A stretch of DNA of 64,000 nt from Paramecium tetraurelia. Taxonomy: Eukaryota. The stretch is from the NCBI GenBank assembly GCA_000165425.1, contig CT868163.1, forward strand, positions 186,001-250,000, read 5' to 3'. Shown here in pieces: positions 41,038 to 56,100 of this stretch. The position numbers and the translations under genes were made by a program. How positions within the stretch are numbered: the stretch's first letter is position 1; each line of letters starts with the position of its first letter. The notes beneath the pieces are model-generated. The model did not search any database and was not told where the DNA came from. It saw only the letters and a list, made by a program, of their open reading frames with translations.

Positions 41038-41784
41038 ATGGATTCCAATGCTATTATGTAAAAAATGGCAGTCATTTTTGATGATCCTGAATAAAAGCTA
41101 CTTAATGAAATCTCTGAAATCAATAAGAATAGATATTAGAACTAGATGCAAAGATTGAATGAGCTTAAGGAATAATAGGAGGATTCAGATATTGAAATTC
41201 AAAAATAGAAAAAATTAATTGAATAATTAGAAAAATCATTAATCATTGAATCTAACAAGTCCAAATAATATGATGAAATCTTGAAATAATATGAAAGTGA
41301 AGGCAAGTCTTTATCTGATGAAAGTAAAAAATACATAATTCAAATAACACAACTAAGTGAGAAAGTTGAGAATATTAAGAAATAATATATATAGGCATAC
41401 GAAAAATAAGATGCCATGGAGAGAGAATAACAATAACAGATAAAAGATCTAGAAAATTGGAGCAAAAATTCAAGGAATTTATAAAATGAATTATAAAAGA
41501 AGGATTAAAAATAAATCAAGTTGCTCGAAGAACTAACATAGGTTAAAATCTAATAGCAGGAAGTCAAACAAATAGAGTCAAATGATGATTTACAAAAATT
41601 ATTAGATAAACTATTAGCAGATAATAAAAGACTTTTAAAATAAAGATAAGAAGTTGTAGCTGTTTTCAAAAAATAGGCAAAAATTATCGAAATCTTGAAA
41701 AAACAAAAGCTTCATTTGTAAACATCAACTTCTCTTGATTTGACTGAATAAGATTTTGCTAAGATTGTTGATTTTAGTTTATGA
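41038..41784 (+). CDS. TEX9-like coiled-coil protein
   Basis: C-terminus QRQEVVAVFKKQAKIIEILKKQKLHLQTSTSLDLTEQDFAKIVDF matches the TEX9 C-terminal pattern FKKQ.K.I..LK.QK.H. Confidence 0.7.
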
Positions 41785-41860
41785 AGTTACTTTTATAATA
41801 AAAGAGTAGATGGAAATATTTACTAAATGTTTGTATTATTATTTATGTTGAAATTGAATA

Positions 41861-42945
41861 TCATCTTCCAGACCAGGAGGCAACTTATTTCTTAAAAATG
41901 ATGATCACTTATTCAATTATGGCATTTTCTTCATCTCTCTTAGCCTTGGCTTCAGCATAATCAGCTCTCTTAGATTCTAAATCTGCTTAAGCTTGATCTA
42001 GAGCATCTTAGGATTCTTGTAAAATGATCTTGGATTTAGCTTATTAAGCGAGGGCTGCTTAAATTTACTAGAATTTATTATTTATTAAATATTACTGTAG
42101 CTAATCTATCGGCATAGACTTATTTTCTTTCATATTCAACTTTCAAATTAGACACTTCTGCTTCACTCAATGAAACCCATCCAGCCAATTCCCATGAGGC
42201 ATTGATCTCATTGGTTTCAAGAGCTTCAAGGGATGCTGCAAGATTAGCTTCAAGTCCTTCCAAAACAGATAATACTCTTTCAGCAAGGGTTGCTCCTCTA
42301 CTGACTGATCCATCCTCTTATTTGTTAGCTAATTAAAGGAATGAGTTGATTTCTTATTCATTGAATGTGTTGCTGTATGCCTTAAGTTTTTCTGCTACAC
42401 TTTTGACTTGAACCAATTCAAAAGAATCTCCGTTAATGATATATCCTGCAACATCTTATTTAAGTACTCTCACAACTTCAAGAGCTTCTCTATTTTGTTT
42501 GATTGATCTCACAAAAAGTTGATTGCTTAAGCATTATTAATCAAGCAAAACTTAAATTTTTCTGTTAATTTCATCTTATCTTTGTTCATTCCAGGCAAGA
42601 TAATTTTTGGTGTCTGATAACTCTTATTCAAATTAGGCTCTGTTTTCAATTGATTATTGGAATAACTTTTGATTCAATGACTTGATTTTAGTAAATTGTT
42701 CAATTGTTCTGAATATAATTATTAATGTATTACTAAGCACCAACCCATTCATCAGTTTCATTCTTTTAATCAGCTGCAAATTAAGCATCCTTATTTGATT
42801 GTATGAGATCATTCAACAAACCAAAAACTGTATCAATAGCATCCATAGCCTTTGTACCAGTTTACAAAAAGGCCATGATTTAATCATGAGTAGAAGTTGC
42901 CGAGGCTAACGTTACTAATAATACTAGAGCAAGTGTCAATTTCAT
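41861..42945 (-). CDS. Trichocyst matrix protein-like secretory precursor
   Basis: Signal peptide MKLTLALVLLVTLASA; AMDAIDTVFGLLNDL..Q.AAD; coiled coils; two tiny introns; ends VASWSGR*. Confidence 0.8.
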
Positions 42946-42995
42946 TAATATTATCAATAATTTTATGCTCTTAAATAATGAATATAAGCGTAACC

Positions 42996-43030
42996 TACCC
43001 GTTTCCAAATAATTATAAAAAAAACGGGTA
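42996..43030. promoter_or_regulatory. 9-bp inverted repeat TACCCGTTT-N17-AAACGGGTA upstream of a TMP-like gene
   Basis: Perfect inverted repeat containing the CCGTTT core, in otherwise AT-rich intergenic DNA. Confidence 0.45.
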
Positions 43031-43680
43031 TTAATATAAAAATATAATAAATAAACTTATGAACCCGCTGTAAAGAATAAATTTTAATATAATTGTTTCA
43101 ATCTTATTGACCAAGTTTAAAATAAGTAGGTTTATTATAAATCCTTAATTGAAGTTATTTCAATTTGAAATTTTAATGAATACTTTCATTTCTCAGAAAT
43201 ATCATATATGAATTCTTTTGTATAAATATACAGATATGCTAATATATATATTACTGCAATATAAAATATTCTATTAAAATTCTCGAAATGCTAGATAGAC
43301 ATTAAATTTTCAGATAAAATAATCAAATTTACATACACAATGATGCCAAAAAGGATAAATGTATATGCAGATTTGATTCTATTATTTAACTAAAAGTTTA
43401 TGTGTGACTGATTGATTTAATCTTATAATTGATGCTTAAATTATTTTGATTATTATGATAATTTTTGAAATTGTTGATTTTATATAAAAAAAAGAATAAA
43501 AAAATTCAAATAAGTAATGTTATTCTAATTAGTTTGTAAACGTTGAAAGAGATTTGGTAGATTTAAGTATTTGATATTATTAGCGTATATAATATCGATA
43601 TTTGTTTTGATATAATTAAAGTCATTTAGTAAATTACAAATTTTTGGATAAAAGGGATTGTTAATTTATATAAAATAATA

Positions 43681-45201
<1,521 letters not shown>

Positions 45202-45220
45202 ATTATTAATATATTTATTG

Positions 45221-46768
45221 ATGCTAATTATTTTTTATTTATTCTCCTTAGCAATTTGTATTGATGATCCAATTCATACATCTATAATCTATGGCGACAG
45301 TGATTAAGGCTATTATTATGTGAATCTATTTGTTGGAGAGCATAAATAAAAATAATCATTAATTCTTGATACAGCAAGTTCAATTACTACTTTTCCATGT
45401 GTAGATTGTAAAAGTTGTGGTAACCACATTGATTCATACTATAATTTCAAAGTAAAAACATCATATCTCTAATTAGATTTCCTAAACTCACAAAGTGGTC
45501 AAATGTGATCAAATAATTGGAGAAAAATAATGTGATAAATGTCTAAACAATAGGTGCTCCTTTTAAATTAGCTATGCTGAAGGATCAAGACTTGCTGGCT
45601 ATTTTATGCAGGATTGGTTAATAATGGGAGATGAGTTTGAAGATTTAAAATAATCAGATGAAATAGTTAAATTAGAATAGATCTTAAGTGTTATTGGATG
45701 TACAACTTTAGAAACTAATTTATTTTACACATAAAAGGCTAATGGAATCATGGGGTTGTCTCCAAAGACGAATACAGAATTTTCCTTTCCAAATTATATT
45801 GATGATCTCTATCAAAAAGAAAAGGGAAGTGAATTTCAGAAAATGTTTACTATTTGTATTGGAAGGAGAGATGGCTACATGACTGTGGGACAGTACGATT
45901 TTAATAGACACCGAAATGATAGTTTGTATTATAAGGTGAAATACGATCAAGACACAGATGTTTATAAAATAAATGTCCATAGCATCAAAGTAAAATGATC
46001 TTCAAAAAATAGATAGATTGATAATATAGTAATCGCTGATCACAACTTAATAAATTTAGGATAAGGAGCTTTTATAGATTCAGGATCGACTTTAGCTTAT
46101 GGATCGCCTAAATTAAGTGAAAAATTGACTCAATAATTTCTTTGTTAAAATGAGAATTGTCCCGATTTGCAATATTTAGAAGAGTTGCATTGTTATCAAT
46201 ATATTCCAGAAAAACATGGAAATTTCTCTAATTTTGCATCTTATTTTCCTATATTTGAGTTTGAGTTAGACAATAATTTTACATTTAAGTGGAAACCTAT
46301 TAATTATCTCACTTTGGCAGTGAATACAACTGATATATATTGTTTTCCACTTGCAGTAATACCTGGCGGTAATTTAAGTATCTAAAATAGCACCTAGGAT
46401 GATTCTTGGATAAGTGTGGATGAGAAATTGGGATATTGGTTTCAATAAATAAACTCAAGAGGTATTATTTGTGGAGAATAATTGTTCAAATACTAAAGTG
46501 AGCCATGAATTCACTGAAGAGGATATCATTCTCTTAGAATAATAGTCGCTAAAACAAAATAATGGCAGAAGAGTTTACAAAGATTTAAATTTAAAAGGAA
46601 GTAATAATTCTTAAATAACAATTAGAATTGGATATATTTTCAGAAACTCTATATGCTTTTGTGATGATAGTGTTAATGATCTTTTTATATTATTTATTCT
46701 TCTACCTGCTAAAGTTAAAGAAATAAGGAAAATATTAAACTATTTAAGAAATAAATAGCTAGGAATGA
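45221..46768 (+). CDS. Membrane-anchored A1 aspartyl protease, plasmepsin V/ASP5-like
   Basis: Signal peptide; YGDSDQGYYYVNLFVG..QSLILDTASSITTFPCVDCKSCGNH; YAEGS; GCTTLETNLFYTQKANGIMGL; FIDSGST; ILGQVWM; C-terminal TM plus YQTI tail. Confidence 0.88.
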
Positions 46769-46793
46769 AATAATTGCATATATGTTAATTAAA

Positions 46794-47016
46794 ATGTTCT
46801 TTATTAATTATTGTTTCTCAAATTTTAAGAATTGTATAATAGCCCAATTTAATGGAATTTATGGTGTTTATTTAGGAAATATTGATACTGCTCAAAATTC
46901 TGAGTATTTATCAAAATATTAACTAAGTGATAATCTAGTGGATTATGGCCACTTTCTTTAAGACTAATATCTTAATCCATTGATCTGTTGGAACATCAAG
47001 ATTTGCTTGTATGTGA
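46794..47016 (+). pseudogene. Decayed dual-specificity phosphatase remnant
   Basis: GIYGVYLGNIDTAQNSEYLSKYQ, then in another frame IQWIMATFFKTNILIH*SVGTSRFAC (HCx5R with TGA at the Cys position); intervening part of the domain missing. Confidence 0.55.
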
Positions 47017-47320
47017 GTGAATTCGAAATCTAGATATAATTCTTTTGATTATGATAGAAATATCCTGAACTAAAAGGGAGTTAATTCTATCAATAAATAA
47101 ATTCTAAATTAAAGAGATAGACTATGCGACTTTAATATTAAATTCATATATATTTAGATATGCAAATAAGATAAAGAGCTCATTAATTAATATTTTATAT
47201 GTTTACTTTATTGTTAAATTATTCTTACAATATGTAATATTAAAATTAAGATATTAATAAGATTATCTGTTGTTTATCATTTAACATCTAATACTATATT
47301 TAGTATAATATTTAATTGAC

Positions 47321-48324
47321 TCATTTAAAGCGTTTGCTTAACTTCTAAATTCCGTACTTAACACTTAAAAAAGGAGATATCATGGCCAAGTTATAGAATA
47401 ACATGCGTCTGGAAGAGAATTGATTTTTTCTTTTAATACTTTCTTTGATGAGATCCTTGATTCTATCCTAACTCATCATTTTTAAAGATCCCATATTATC
47501 CTTTTCACCTAATACAATACTTAACAATTATCCAGGAATCAAAGAACATAAGAATTCCCTAAGTCTAGATAGAAATGATACAAGGATTTTATGCTAGTGT
47601 CGATTAAGATCTCACCATCTTTTTAGACTTTAATCACATTATTAAGATCTCCTAGATTGGTAAGGTAGAGATCAGTAATATTTTTATAATTTCCTTTGAG
47701 TATGTTGAAAACTTTGTTTTGATTTTCGCCTCCCAATGTAAATCTAATGTCACCGTAATAAGATAAACTGATGACATTATACAGTAACTCTTATAACGAC
47801 ATAGATGGTTTGAAATCCATCAAAATAGCAACAGCTATGGCACTTTATAAATTAGATATGCATGCTCTTTAAAATCTCAAATTTTCAGATTCCTAAATAG
47901 CGACTATTGGTTTCTACATTCTCCCAGCAATAGATAACCATTTCCAATTTTCTAAATCTTTGATCAATTCTTTAGTGGCAACAACACCATATTTCAATTT
48001 CAAATCCTAATATTAAACAAAGGGACTGAAATGGATTGGGAATATTTCAACATTCATTCTCTATATGAATCTGCTTCCTAAATAATAGCTTAAACCACTA
48101 TAATGCTATGGTAGTCATATAAATACTGTTGAATTGATCTGAATATTCTGGAGATGCCACTCTTCCACATTATCTACAGCAATAATTAAATCTATCATAG
48201 GTTTGTTTTTTGTATAATCATAATTGAATTAAGGTTGAACAGCTGACCCATAGGCAAATGATAAATCACTTTAAGGTAGAGATTTGATGAATTATTTCAA
48301 CAAGTTGATTGGAATTTATTGCAT
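47321..48324 (-). CDS. TAM41: Mitochondrial phosphatidate cytidylyltransferase Tam41
   Basis: FAYGSAVQPQ, MIDLIIAVDNVEEWH, KYGVVATKELIKDLENWKWLSIAGRMQKP, LSYYGDIR, GENQNKV. Confidence 0.9.
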
Positions 48325-48396
48325 TAATTTTATAGTTGAATAATAATAATAATAATAATAATTAAATGAATAACATTTATATATATATTATATTTG

Positions 48397-49848
48397 TCAA
48401 ACTCCATTAATAAAGTTATCAATCATAAACCATGAGTTCTCTCTTTAATCTTATGGGACCATCTATGATAAATAATATATTGAATTACATGTCCAGCACC
48501 TCTGATAACTTGGAATCTGAAATAATTGTATTCGACAATCCATCCTGCTAATTAATTTTTTTAATTCTCCATCATTAGTGTTCAAATATGGAGTCCATCC
48601 TTTAATTTCTTTGATTCCTTGTATCTATTTGATACTTTCATATGTCTCAACTATACTAACTGCCAAATCTTGATCACCAGAATATAGGAGAATTTAGATT
48701 CCTGCTTAAAATAATTCAGGTAAAATTTAATAGCTTCCCTCTGATTTAGTATATTAAAGATAAACTGGATCACTACATCCTGACCAGACAATGTTCTTAT
48801 CTACATGAAGTGCTTCTTTATATTCATCAGTGTTCAACTTATTAGCTAAAGGACCAAAATCAATACAGGGGGCACTAGAATCATCATCATCTTCAGTTAG
48901 TTTCAACCAAGGAGTGTATGAAAATCTATGTTTGGATTCTCTCTCCACTTTGTATTATTTCAAAGTACTGTCACCCCAACAATATGAATATACTCCATAA
49001 GGATTTATCTCTGCAATAGCACTATCTAGAGATTTCTTAGCTTGTCTGCAACTTGCTGAGTTTGGCTACAAAGCACAGTTGTGATTCAAAATAAACTAAT
49101 TAGTATAATCAATGAATGATCTTCTAGCCAAGAACTTTATTGAAGTTTAAGCTCTAAATTTCTCATTGTTGATTAAAACACCATTTCCGATCAATACTCC
49201 CTTGAAATTGATCTTTTCCTTTTAATCTACTGTTTTTTCACCTTCCAACAAGGCTTTGGCTGTATAAGGAATGTACATTCCTAACAATTAATAACTTTCA
49301 TACCTGCATATGATTCTCCAGCTATGTAGAAATCTCTACCTCTATAGTATGTGAATGTATTGAACCATTCTCGGATGGCCTCATAGTTAAATCTTCCGGT
49401 CTTCTCATCTGTAAATTTGTAGTCTTTGTCAGGAGATGGTTATGAGAATCCGACACCAAATGGAGATTCCAATATTAATAAATGAGCATTTTTATTCCAT
49501 GACCATGGATTGTATTTGTATTCGGTTTCTCCATTGTCAATTACATATGGACCAATTTCTTACATCAAACCCAATAATGATGAACAACCTGGACCACCAT
49601 TAAGCCAAAGTATTACTGGTTATGTTGCTACTTCTGCATCCTCTGTTTGGCTCTCTACAAATACGTAATGTAAATTTCTAATGTAAAATCTATATAAACC
49701 TCGTCACTCCATCGTCATCAATCTCAATCAATCCTGACCAAGTCTTGAATCTATATACAGGCCAATCTGGCCATCTAAATTCATCTGCAACAATGTCTAT
49801 GCATGACACTGAAAGCAGTAACATACCGAGAATCACACATTTCATCAT
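48397..49848 (-). CDS. Serine carboxypeptidase (S10)
   Basis: Signal peptide; WLNGGPGCSS, EIGPY, LESPFGVGFS, AGESYAGMYIP, YSGDQD, IRGAGHMVP. Confidence 0.93.
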
Positions 49849-50544
49849 TAATTTCTAATAATTAATTGAATTATGTATATTGCACATTTCTTATTTAAAT
49901 AACAGGTACAAAATTTGAATGCATATTGATTATTGTACTCAATAATGTTCTACATAGATTATTTTATAATCAAAATATTCTTAAGATATTTTACTCATTT
50001 CTTCTATAAATTCATCAATTAGATTAATAACTCCTACTTATTAATTAATTACCTATTCCATAAAGATTATATAACCCATTCTTCGTAAAAATAACAATCT
50101 TCATTATTGATATTTCTAAATTGCATTATTATAGATTAATATACAATACTATTTCCACAAGTTGTTCATTTTTGACATCTACCTTTTTTGATTGCTCATC
50201 TACATGAAAATATTAGATTATCTTCTTTTTATTAAAATAAGATTATACTAATCTTGATGTTCCTTCATAATTGTTGTTCTCTATTGCAAATGCATTCTAT
50301 CCATTCAAATACAAATTAAAGAAGATTTAACTATATAATTTCTGCTAACTAAGTTGATATTAATATTAAAGGTTAGTGTTTTAGGGATGTAAATTAATGG
50401 ATTTATGATTCAATTAAAAATTTATAATTTTAGCATATTTAGGTAATATTATTCTATTTTCCTATTATTTAAGATATAAAATAGATAAACTCATTATCAA
50501 TATCAAGAAATAATTTAAAATGAATAAAATAAATTTAATTTAAT

Positions 50545-50939
50545 ATGTAGTAAATTAGTAAAGAGAAAGAGAATCAGATCTAATAAGCTATGGATTTAGA
50601 AAAAGATGTGCTAGGCACATTAGCAAAAGTCAGGTAATATGAAGCATCAATCAATACACTAAAAAGAAACATACAAAAATGCAACATTACTTTAAAAGAA
50701 TTGAGTAGCATAGATCAATAGAAGACATATCAACCTATTGGTAGATGGTAATAAATATCATAAATATTGATAGCTTTATTTTGAAACCAAAAGGTGATAT
50801 TGTGAATGAAGTCAATGAAAATATCAAAACTAGTGAGAAAGAAATTGATGAATATGAAAAAGTTAGATAGCATTTAATTACAAAAGGAAAAGAAAAAGAA
50901 ACCTAATTATAAGAAGCAATGAAATCATTAAAAATTTGA
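50545..50939 (+). CDS. Prefoldin beta-type subunit, most like subunit 1
   Basis: Coiled coil - ITLKELSSIDQQKTYQPIGRCFIL - coiled coil; one 26-nt intron. Confidence 0.8.
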
Positions 50940-51845
50940 AATTATAACATATTTTATGTTCTAAGATAATATAGGAATCTGTTTAATAAAATGGCTTGTT
51001 TTCTCAAATAAAGTGGTCATTTTACATATATTTTAGAGTTTTTGATGCTATATTTCTACATTTTATAAATTTCATAGATTCTGATTTAAAAGGTGAAACA
51101 TTGCCTTAATTAATAAGTAATTCATGTAAATTAAATTAAAAGATTGTTTAAGGAATTGAAATTTAGGTATTAGAGTATTGTAACTTCTTAAACTTTATAA
51201 TCTTTTATTGGTATGGTATTCTATTATCAGTTCAAATATAATTTTAAGATTAATATTCGAGTATTTTTTAGATTTATACTACTTATATGTTTAAGCTAAA
51301 ATAATTAAATCCTGAATCCTTAAATTTTTTTCATTAAATTAATGTCTAATCTTTAGTGATCAATTCAAAGTTCTAAATATAATTGCATAAACTGATTTAA
51401 CTCACGTATTTGCTGGACTATAGGAATAGTTATCAAAATAATATCATACTACTTAAAATGTAATATTAGGATTTTTGAAGAAAAATAATGCCCAAATTTG
51501 TTATTAATATAGATTAAAATATAAAAATATTGTGAATTAAATAAGCTTAAGGCTAGAAATGTTAAGAGTAATTTAATAATTGTTTAATAATGATAAGTTG
51601 ATATATACTCAAGTATTTTGGTTGCAATATCTCAATATTATAGTGAAATCCATATTACAATATAAGGGAATATCAATCTTAATAAATTTCAAGTAAGGAA
51701 ATCTATTTTATTGCTGATATGATTAAAACCTTTATTGATATATTTAATAAACCTTATAACGGTATCAAAAAAATATTAGAAGAAGTCTGATATGTTTTTG
51801 ATTAGAAATAATTATATATAAATAAAATTATCAAAATTTTAGGTT

Positions 51846-53124
51846 TCAGTATAAAGTGGGTTTCTACATTTCCTTATGGTACTAGATAATTATGAATAAA
51901 TACAAAAAAGTCTGCAGTTTTCCTGGGAATTAGATTTCCATCTTTTCTAACTTATAAAACACTTGTTTTATTTTGTATGAGAGATTTAAGATTGTTGTAT
52001 AATTAAACTGCTTCCTCTATCTGTGCTTCGACACATTTGTTTTTTGAAAAACTTATTTAACTATTGTATGATTCTTTATGCTAGTGAAACTAATTTAAAT
52101 GAAAAGTTTACATAGGAAGCACTATTATTTTTAGTTGAATTACATTCCAAAGGTATTGAATTAAATTATACTTTCAAGATGGATTTAACAGGAGTACCTG
52201 TTTTTTTTTCATATGTAGGGGTATCTTATTTAGATTAACTTCTATTAATTTAGATAATAGGTTTTGGTATTTTTCTTTCGCTTTGAACAATTTTGTTGGA
52301 AGTTTCTTTATTTTCGGATTCGATTGTATTTGTCTTATTGATTGATTGATTGATTTTCTTTTCAGATGCACTTCTTAACTATAAAAAATTATAATGTGTC
52401 TTTGAGGATTAAGGTAGTTTTTTAAGACTAGAGCTTCTTATGACTCCTTTAAAGCATTCAGCCTTTTTAGTGTAAGATGCATCAGAAATACGCGATTCTT
52501 TACTTGATGGTCTTTGTCTCAATTCATAGTATGGTTTTGACTGTTGTTGCTGTAGTGAGCTAGGTCTTGAATTAGATTTAGTTAGAGATTCTTTAAGATT
52601 TCTTGATTGCTGAGATAATTGAGATTTATTTAACGATTTTTCATTTTTAAAGTCTTTGGTTTCTCTAGTTAATCTTTAAATTTCAAGATCCAGATTACCT
52701 ATATCTCTAAGTAACATCTTTTTAACGCCTGGCTTTTGTGATTTATCAATTAAAGGAGATTATTCAGGAGGAATTGGATCCACAGGTTATTAGATTTCAT
52801 ATTCGATTTCTTATTCTTAAGGAGGCCCTTGGTTTAGTAAAGGTGATTCTTCTTTATGAATTTATAATTTGATGGATGACTTTTTAGATGGTTGAGATGA
52901 TTGCTTTTTATTAGGATTAAAGACTATAAATTCTTGCTGATTAGACTAATGTTGTTATGATTTGGATTGCTTTTTATTTTTTTAACTATTTGCATTTTGG
53001 TATTGTTCTTACAAATTACCTAATATTTATTATTTTCTTAAGTAAATTTGGATGTGTACCTTAATTCGAATTGAGCTGCAGCTTCTTCTTCACTTAATTT
53101 ACTATATCTGCCTTATTCTGCCAT
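51846..53124 (-). CDS. Hypothetical low-complexity (S/Q/K-rich) protein
   Basis: Code-6 frame from MAEQGRYSKLSEEEAAAQFELR with tiny introns; 3' end approximate. Confidence 0.6.
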
Positions 53125-53170
53125 TCAGTTAAATAAATTAATAAGTAAATCGAGAGTAATATAAATACAA

Positions 53171-53182
53171 TCCGTTTTTATT
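53171..53182 (+). promoter_or_regulatory. Candidate upstream motif TCCGTTTTTATT
   Basis: 10 nt upstream of the ATG of the giant secreted acidic protein. Confidence 0.4.
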
Positions 53183-53192
53183 ATAATAAAAA

Positions 53193-56100
53193 ATGGTCAA
53201 ATAATGCTTACTATTAATCACTATATTAGTGATTGCCCACAGTATGAATTATGGTACGGTTTTGATTCAAAATGAGGGGGGAGGACAAATTTAAACAAAA
53301 GTAATTCATTGATAAATTTAAGGAAATACTCTTCTCAAAACCTTTTTAGTAGATCCCTTAAGTGGCCATTGCACTTCTTAATGGTCATGGAGATATCTTT
53401 GCAGAAATTCATGATATTAATCAAGAAGGTACACAAGTATCAATCTAAATAAGGATTCTCAATATAAATGATGGCATCCAATGAGATTGAGGCAGAATTT
53501 GCCTATTTAGCCATAGAAAATGATGAGAACTATCAAATTGAATGTTTTAATCGAATTGATGTTGGAAATGAGATACAATTTCCATTAATCATCTAGAAAC
53601 CAAGATTTATTGGTGTTTTGGCTACAAATACTCATGAGAACAATTTCAATATTGGTATTCAATTATTTTATTTGCAAAGATTTACTTGATGGCAATCTCA
53701 TTGTTGATAATGATGGAAAATTGAATATGTGTATAATCATCACAAATGAGGAGCAACCAATAGATTTGATTGGATATTAGAATTACTAGGAGCAAGAGGC
53801 TGCTGAATTTCATTCATTTAAAAAACAGAATGCCATGTAACTCTTAAATAATTAATTCAGCTTAGGAGCTTAGTATAAGCTCAACAATCCCTTGAAATAA
53901 CCCATTTAGATTAACGCAAATCTTTTGAAATTTGGCACCATTAATCTATTGAAATCATTAAGGATTCCTATGAAGAAGTAAATCCAACTAATCAATCAAT
54001 TGAAATTGTGAGTGAAGACTAACCCAAACAAACAGAATTCAAATAATAAGAATCTATAGAAATATTTAAATTGGATGATCAAGATTCACAATCAAATTCT
54101 GATTAAAATTTAATTGCTCAAGATATTCAACTAGACAATGTAGATGAGACTAATAATAATTAATTCGAAGATGTTAAATTTGAAGATCCTTCAAAAGTTG
54201 ATTAATTGACATAACAGTAATCAACTGTAGCTACATCTAATTAAATGGAAGATATCACATTAAATCTTGATTCTGAATCAGGAAATTAATAATCTGAGAC
54301 AATAACTCTTAATGATTAACAATCATCCAATTAATCAACTTAAGAACTATAAGAAAATAATTAATAATAATAGATAGAAGATGTGAAATTAGTGAATGAA
54401 GAATCTGTAAATAATGAAAATTCTTAAGAAATTAGGTTGACCACTGATGAGGTTCAAATAATAGAACCAAAAAATGAGTCAGTACAAAACTAAGACGAAT
54501 AATTAGTTATTAATAATGAATAAGATGTTCAAGTCTAAACAGATATAATTGATTAATAAAATTAAGATTAAGATGCTTCTAGTTTATAATCTGAGGTTGC
54601 AATCAATAATAATGATTAAGTACTCCATTAAGAAGATATTAAATTGGATTATTTGGATAATGATAATGCAAATTAATAAGGGGAATCAAAATAAGAAATC
54701 TAAACTGAAGATATCAAATTAGATGATACTGATGTTTCTTCAATTAATGCTTAGGATATTCCACAATAATAGGATGCTATAGATATCTAAAATGATTAAT
54801 TATCTATTTAACCAGAGGCTAAACCAATTGAGGACACTACAGAAGATGTAGTTGTTCATGTTGATGAGGTTAAGATTGAAAATGTGAAGATTTCTGAGGC
54901 GAATTTGGATGACATAAGTACAGATTCATAAGTGTAAGAGGATAATACAGAATAAATATAACAAGAGAAAGAGGATAATACAGCATATATATAAGATGAT
55001 ATAGTGGATAATACTTAATAAGATAATACTGAATAAATTCAAGATAATAGTAATGATAATTAAATAACAGATCAATCTGAAGATATTTCTGTTGATCCAG
55101 ATGCCTTTTCAGAACCTTAATAAAAAGTAACTTAAATTAATGATGATCTTCAAAAACAAGAATCAGATATTGATGAGATGATTAAATTTGCATAAGAATT
55201 AAAAGAAGAAGCGAAAAAATTAAAGAATAAAAGCAGAAATGAAAGACAATAAGGAAAATTAGATATTATGGAACAAGCCACTGTTTTAGAGAAGGAAGTT
55301 GACAAATTAGAAAATTAAAGTGAAGAACCTCAGGTTGTAGAAGATTAAATCAGTTTGGATGTTAATTCTGGTTACGATGATTAAAAGGATATTTAAATTT
55401 AATAGCCTTAGGAAGAATAACAACCCCCAATCATATATTTGAATGATGGTGGACTCAATCCTGAGCAATAGTTAATAACATAGGAAATCATAGAAGAAGA
55501 TAAAGTTATGAACACAGAAAACTAATTATAAGAAGTAGTTGACTAATAATTATAATAATAAGAGCAATAGATTGAAAGTACACCTGAAATTGAAGATGAG
55601 GATATCTAAATTATTGATGCTTCCATCAAATTAGACGAGGATCATCAAGAGATGGAAATATATCAATCTGACTAAGTTGAAGTCATTCCAGAATAAGTTG
55701 AACCTTAAATTGAAGAGGATCTATAAATTGAATAATAATCCCAAGAATAAGTTGAAGTAGAAGTAGAAGTAGAACCTTAAGAAGAGAATGTTCAGGAATA
55801 AGAAACTACAAAAGAAGAAGGGGCTATTGAAATTGGATTAACAACAGAAGAAGGAGAAGCATTTATTAGAAAACCTAAGAAGTCTGATTTCTTAAGAGAG
55901 AAGCAAAGATTAAAGGATAAATTGACTAATGTTATTAGAGATTTCAAATTGGACTCTGTTTAAAGCAATACTTTAGATTCTGTTGTTGAGGGGGACAAAT
56001 AATACTCTTTGATTATTGATAGATTAGATGTACCTGAAAATAATGAATAAGTTATTGTGTTGAAAGATGAGGATTATGAATAAACTCAAATTGAGCCAGA

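Noticed and set aside
46981..46983. Selenocysteine at the DUSP active site
   Set aside because: The surrounding gene is deleted and frameshifted and I saw no SECIS; TGY to TGA is a single substitution.
48341..48362. Intergenic (TAA)7 run upstream of TAM41
   Set aside because: Short simple repeat expected in AT-rich DNA; no evidence of function.
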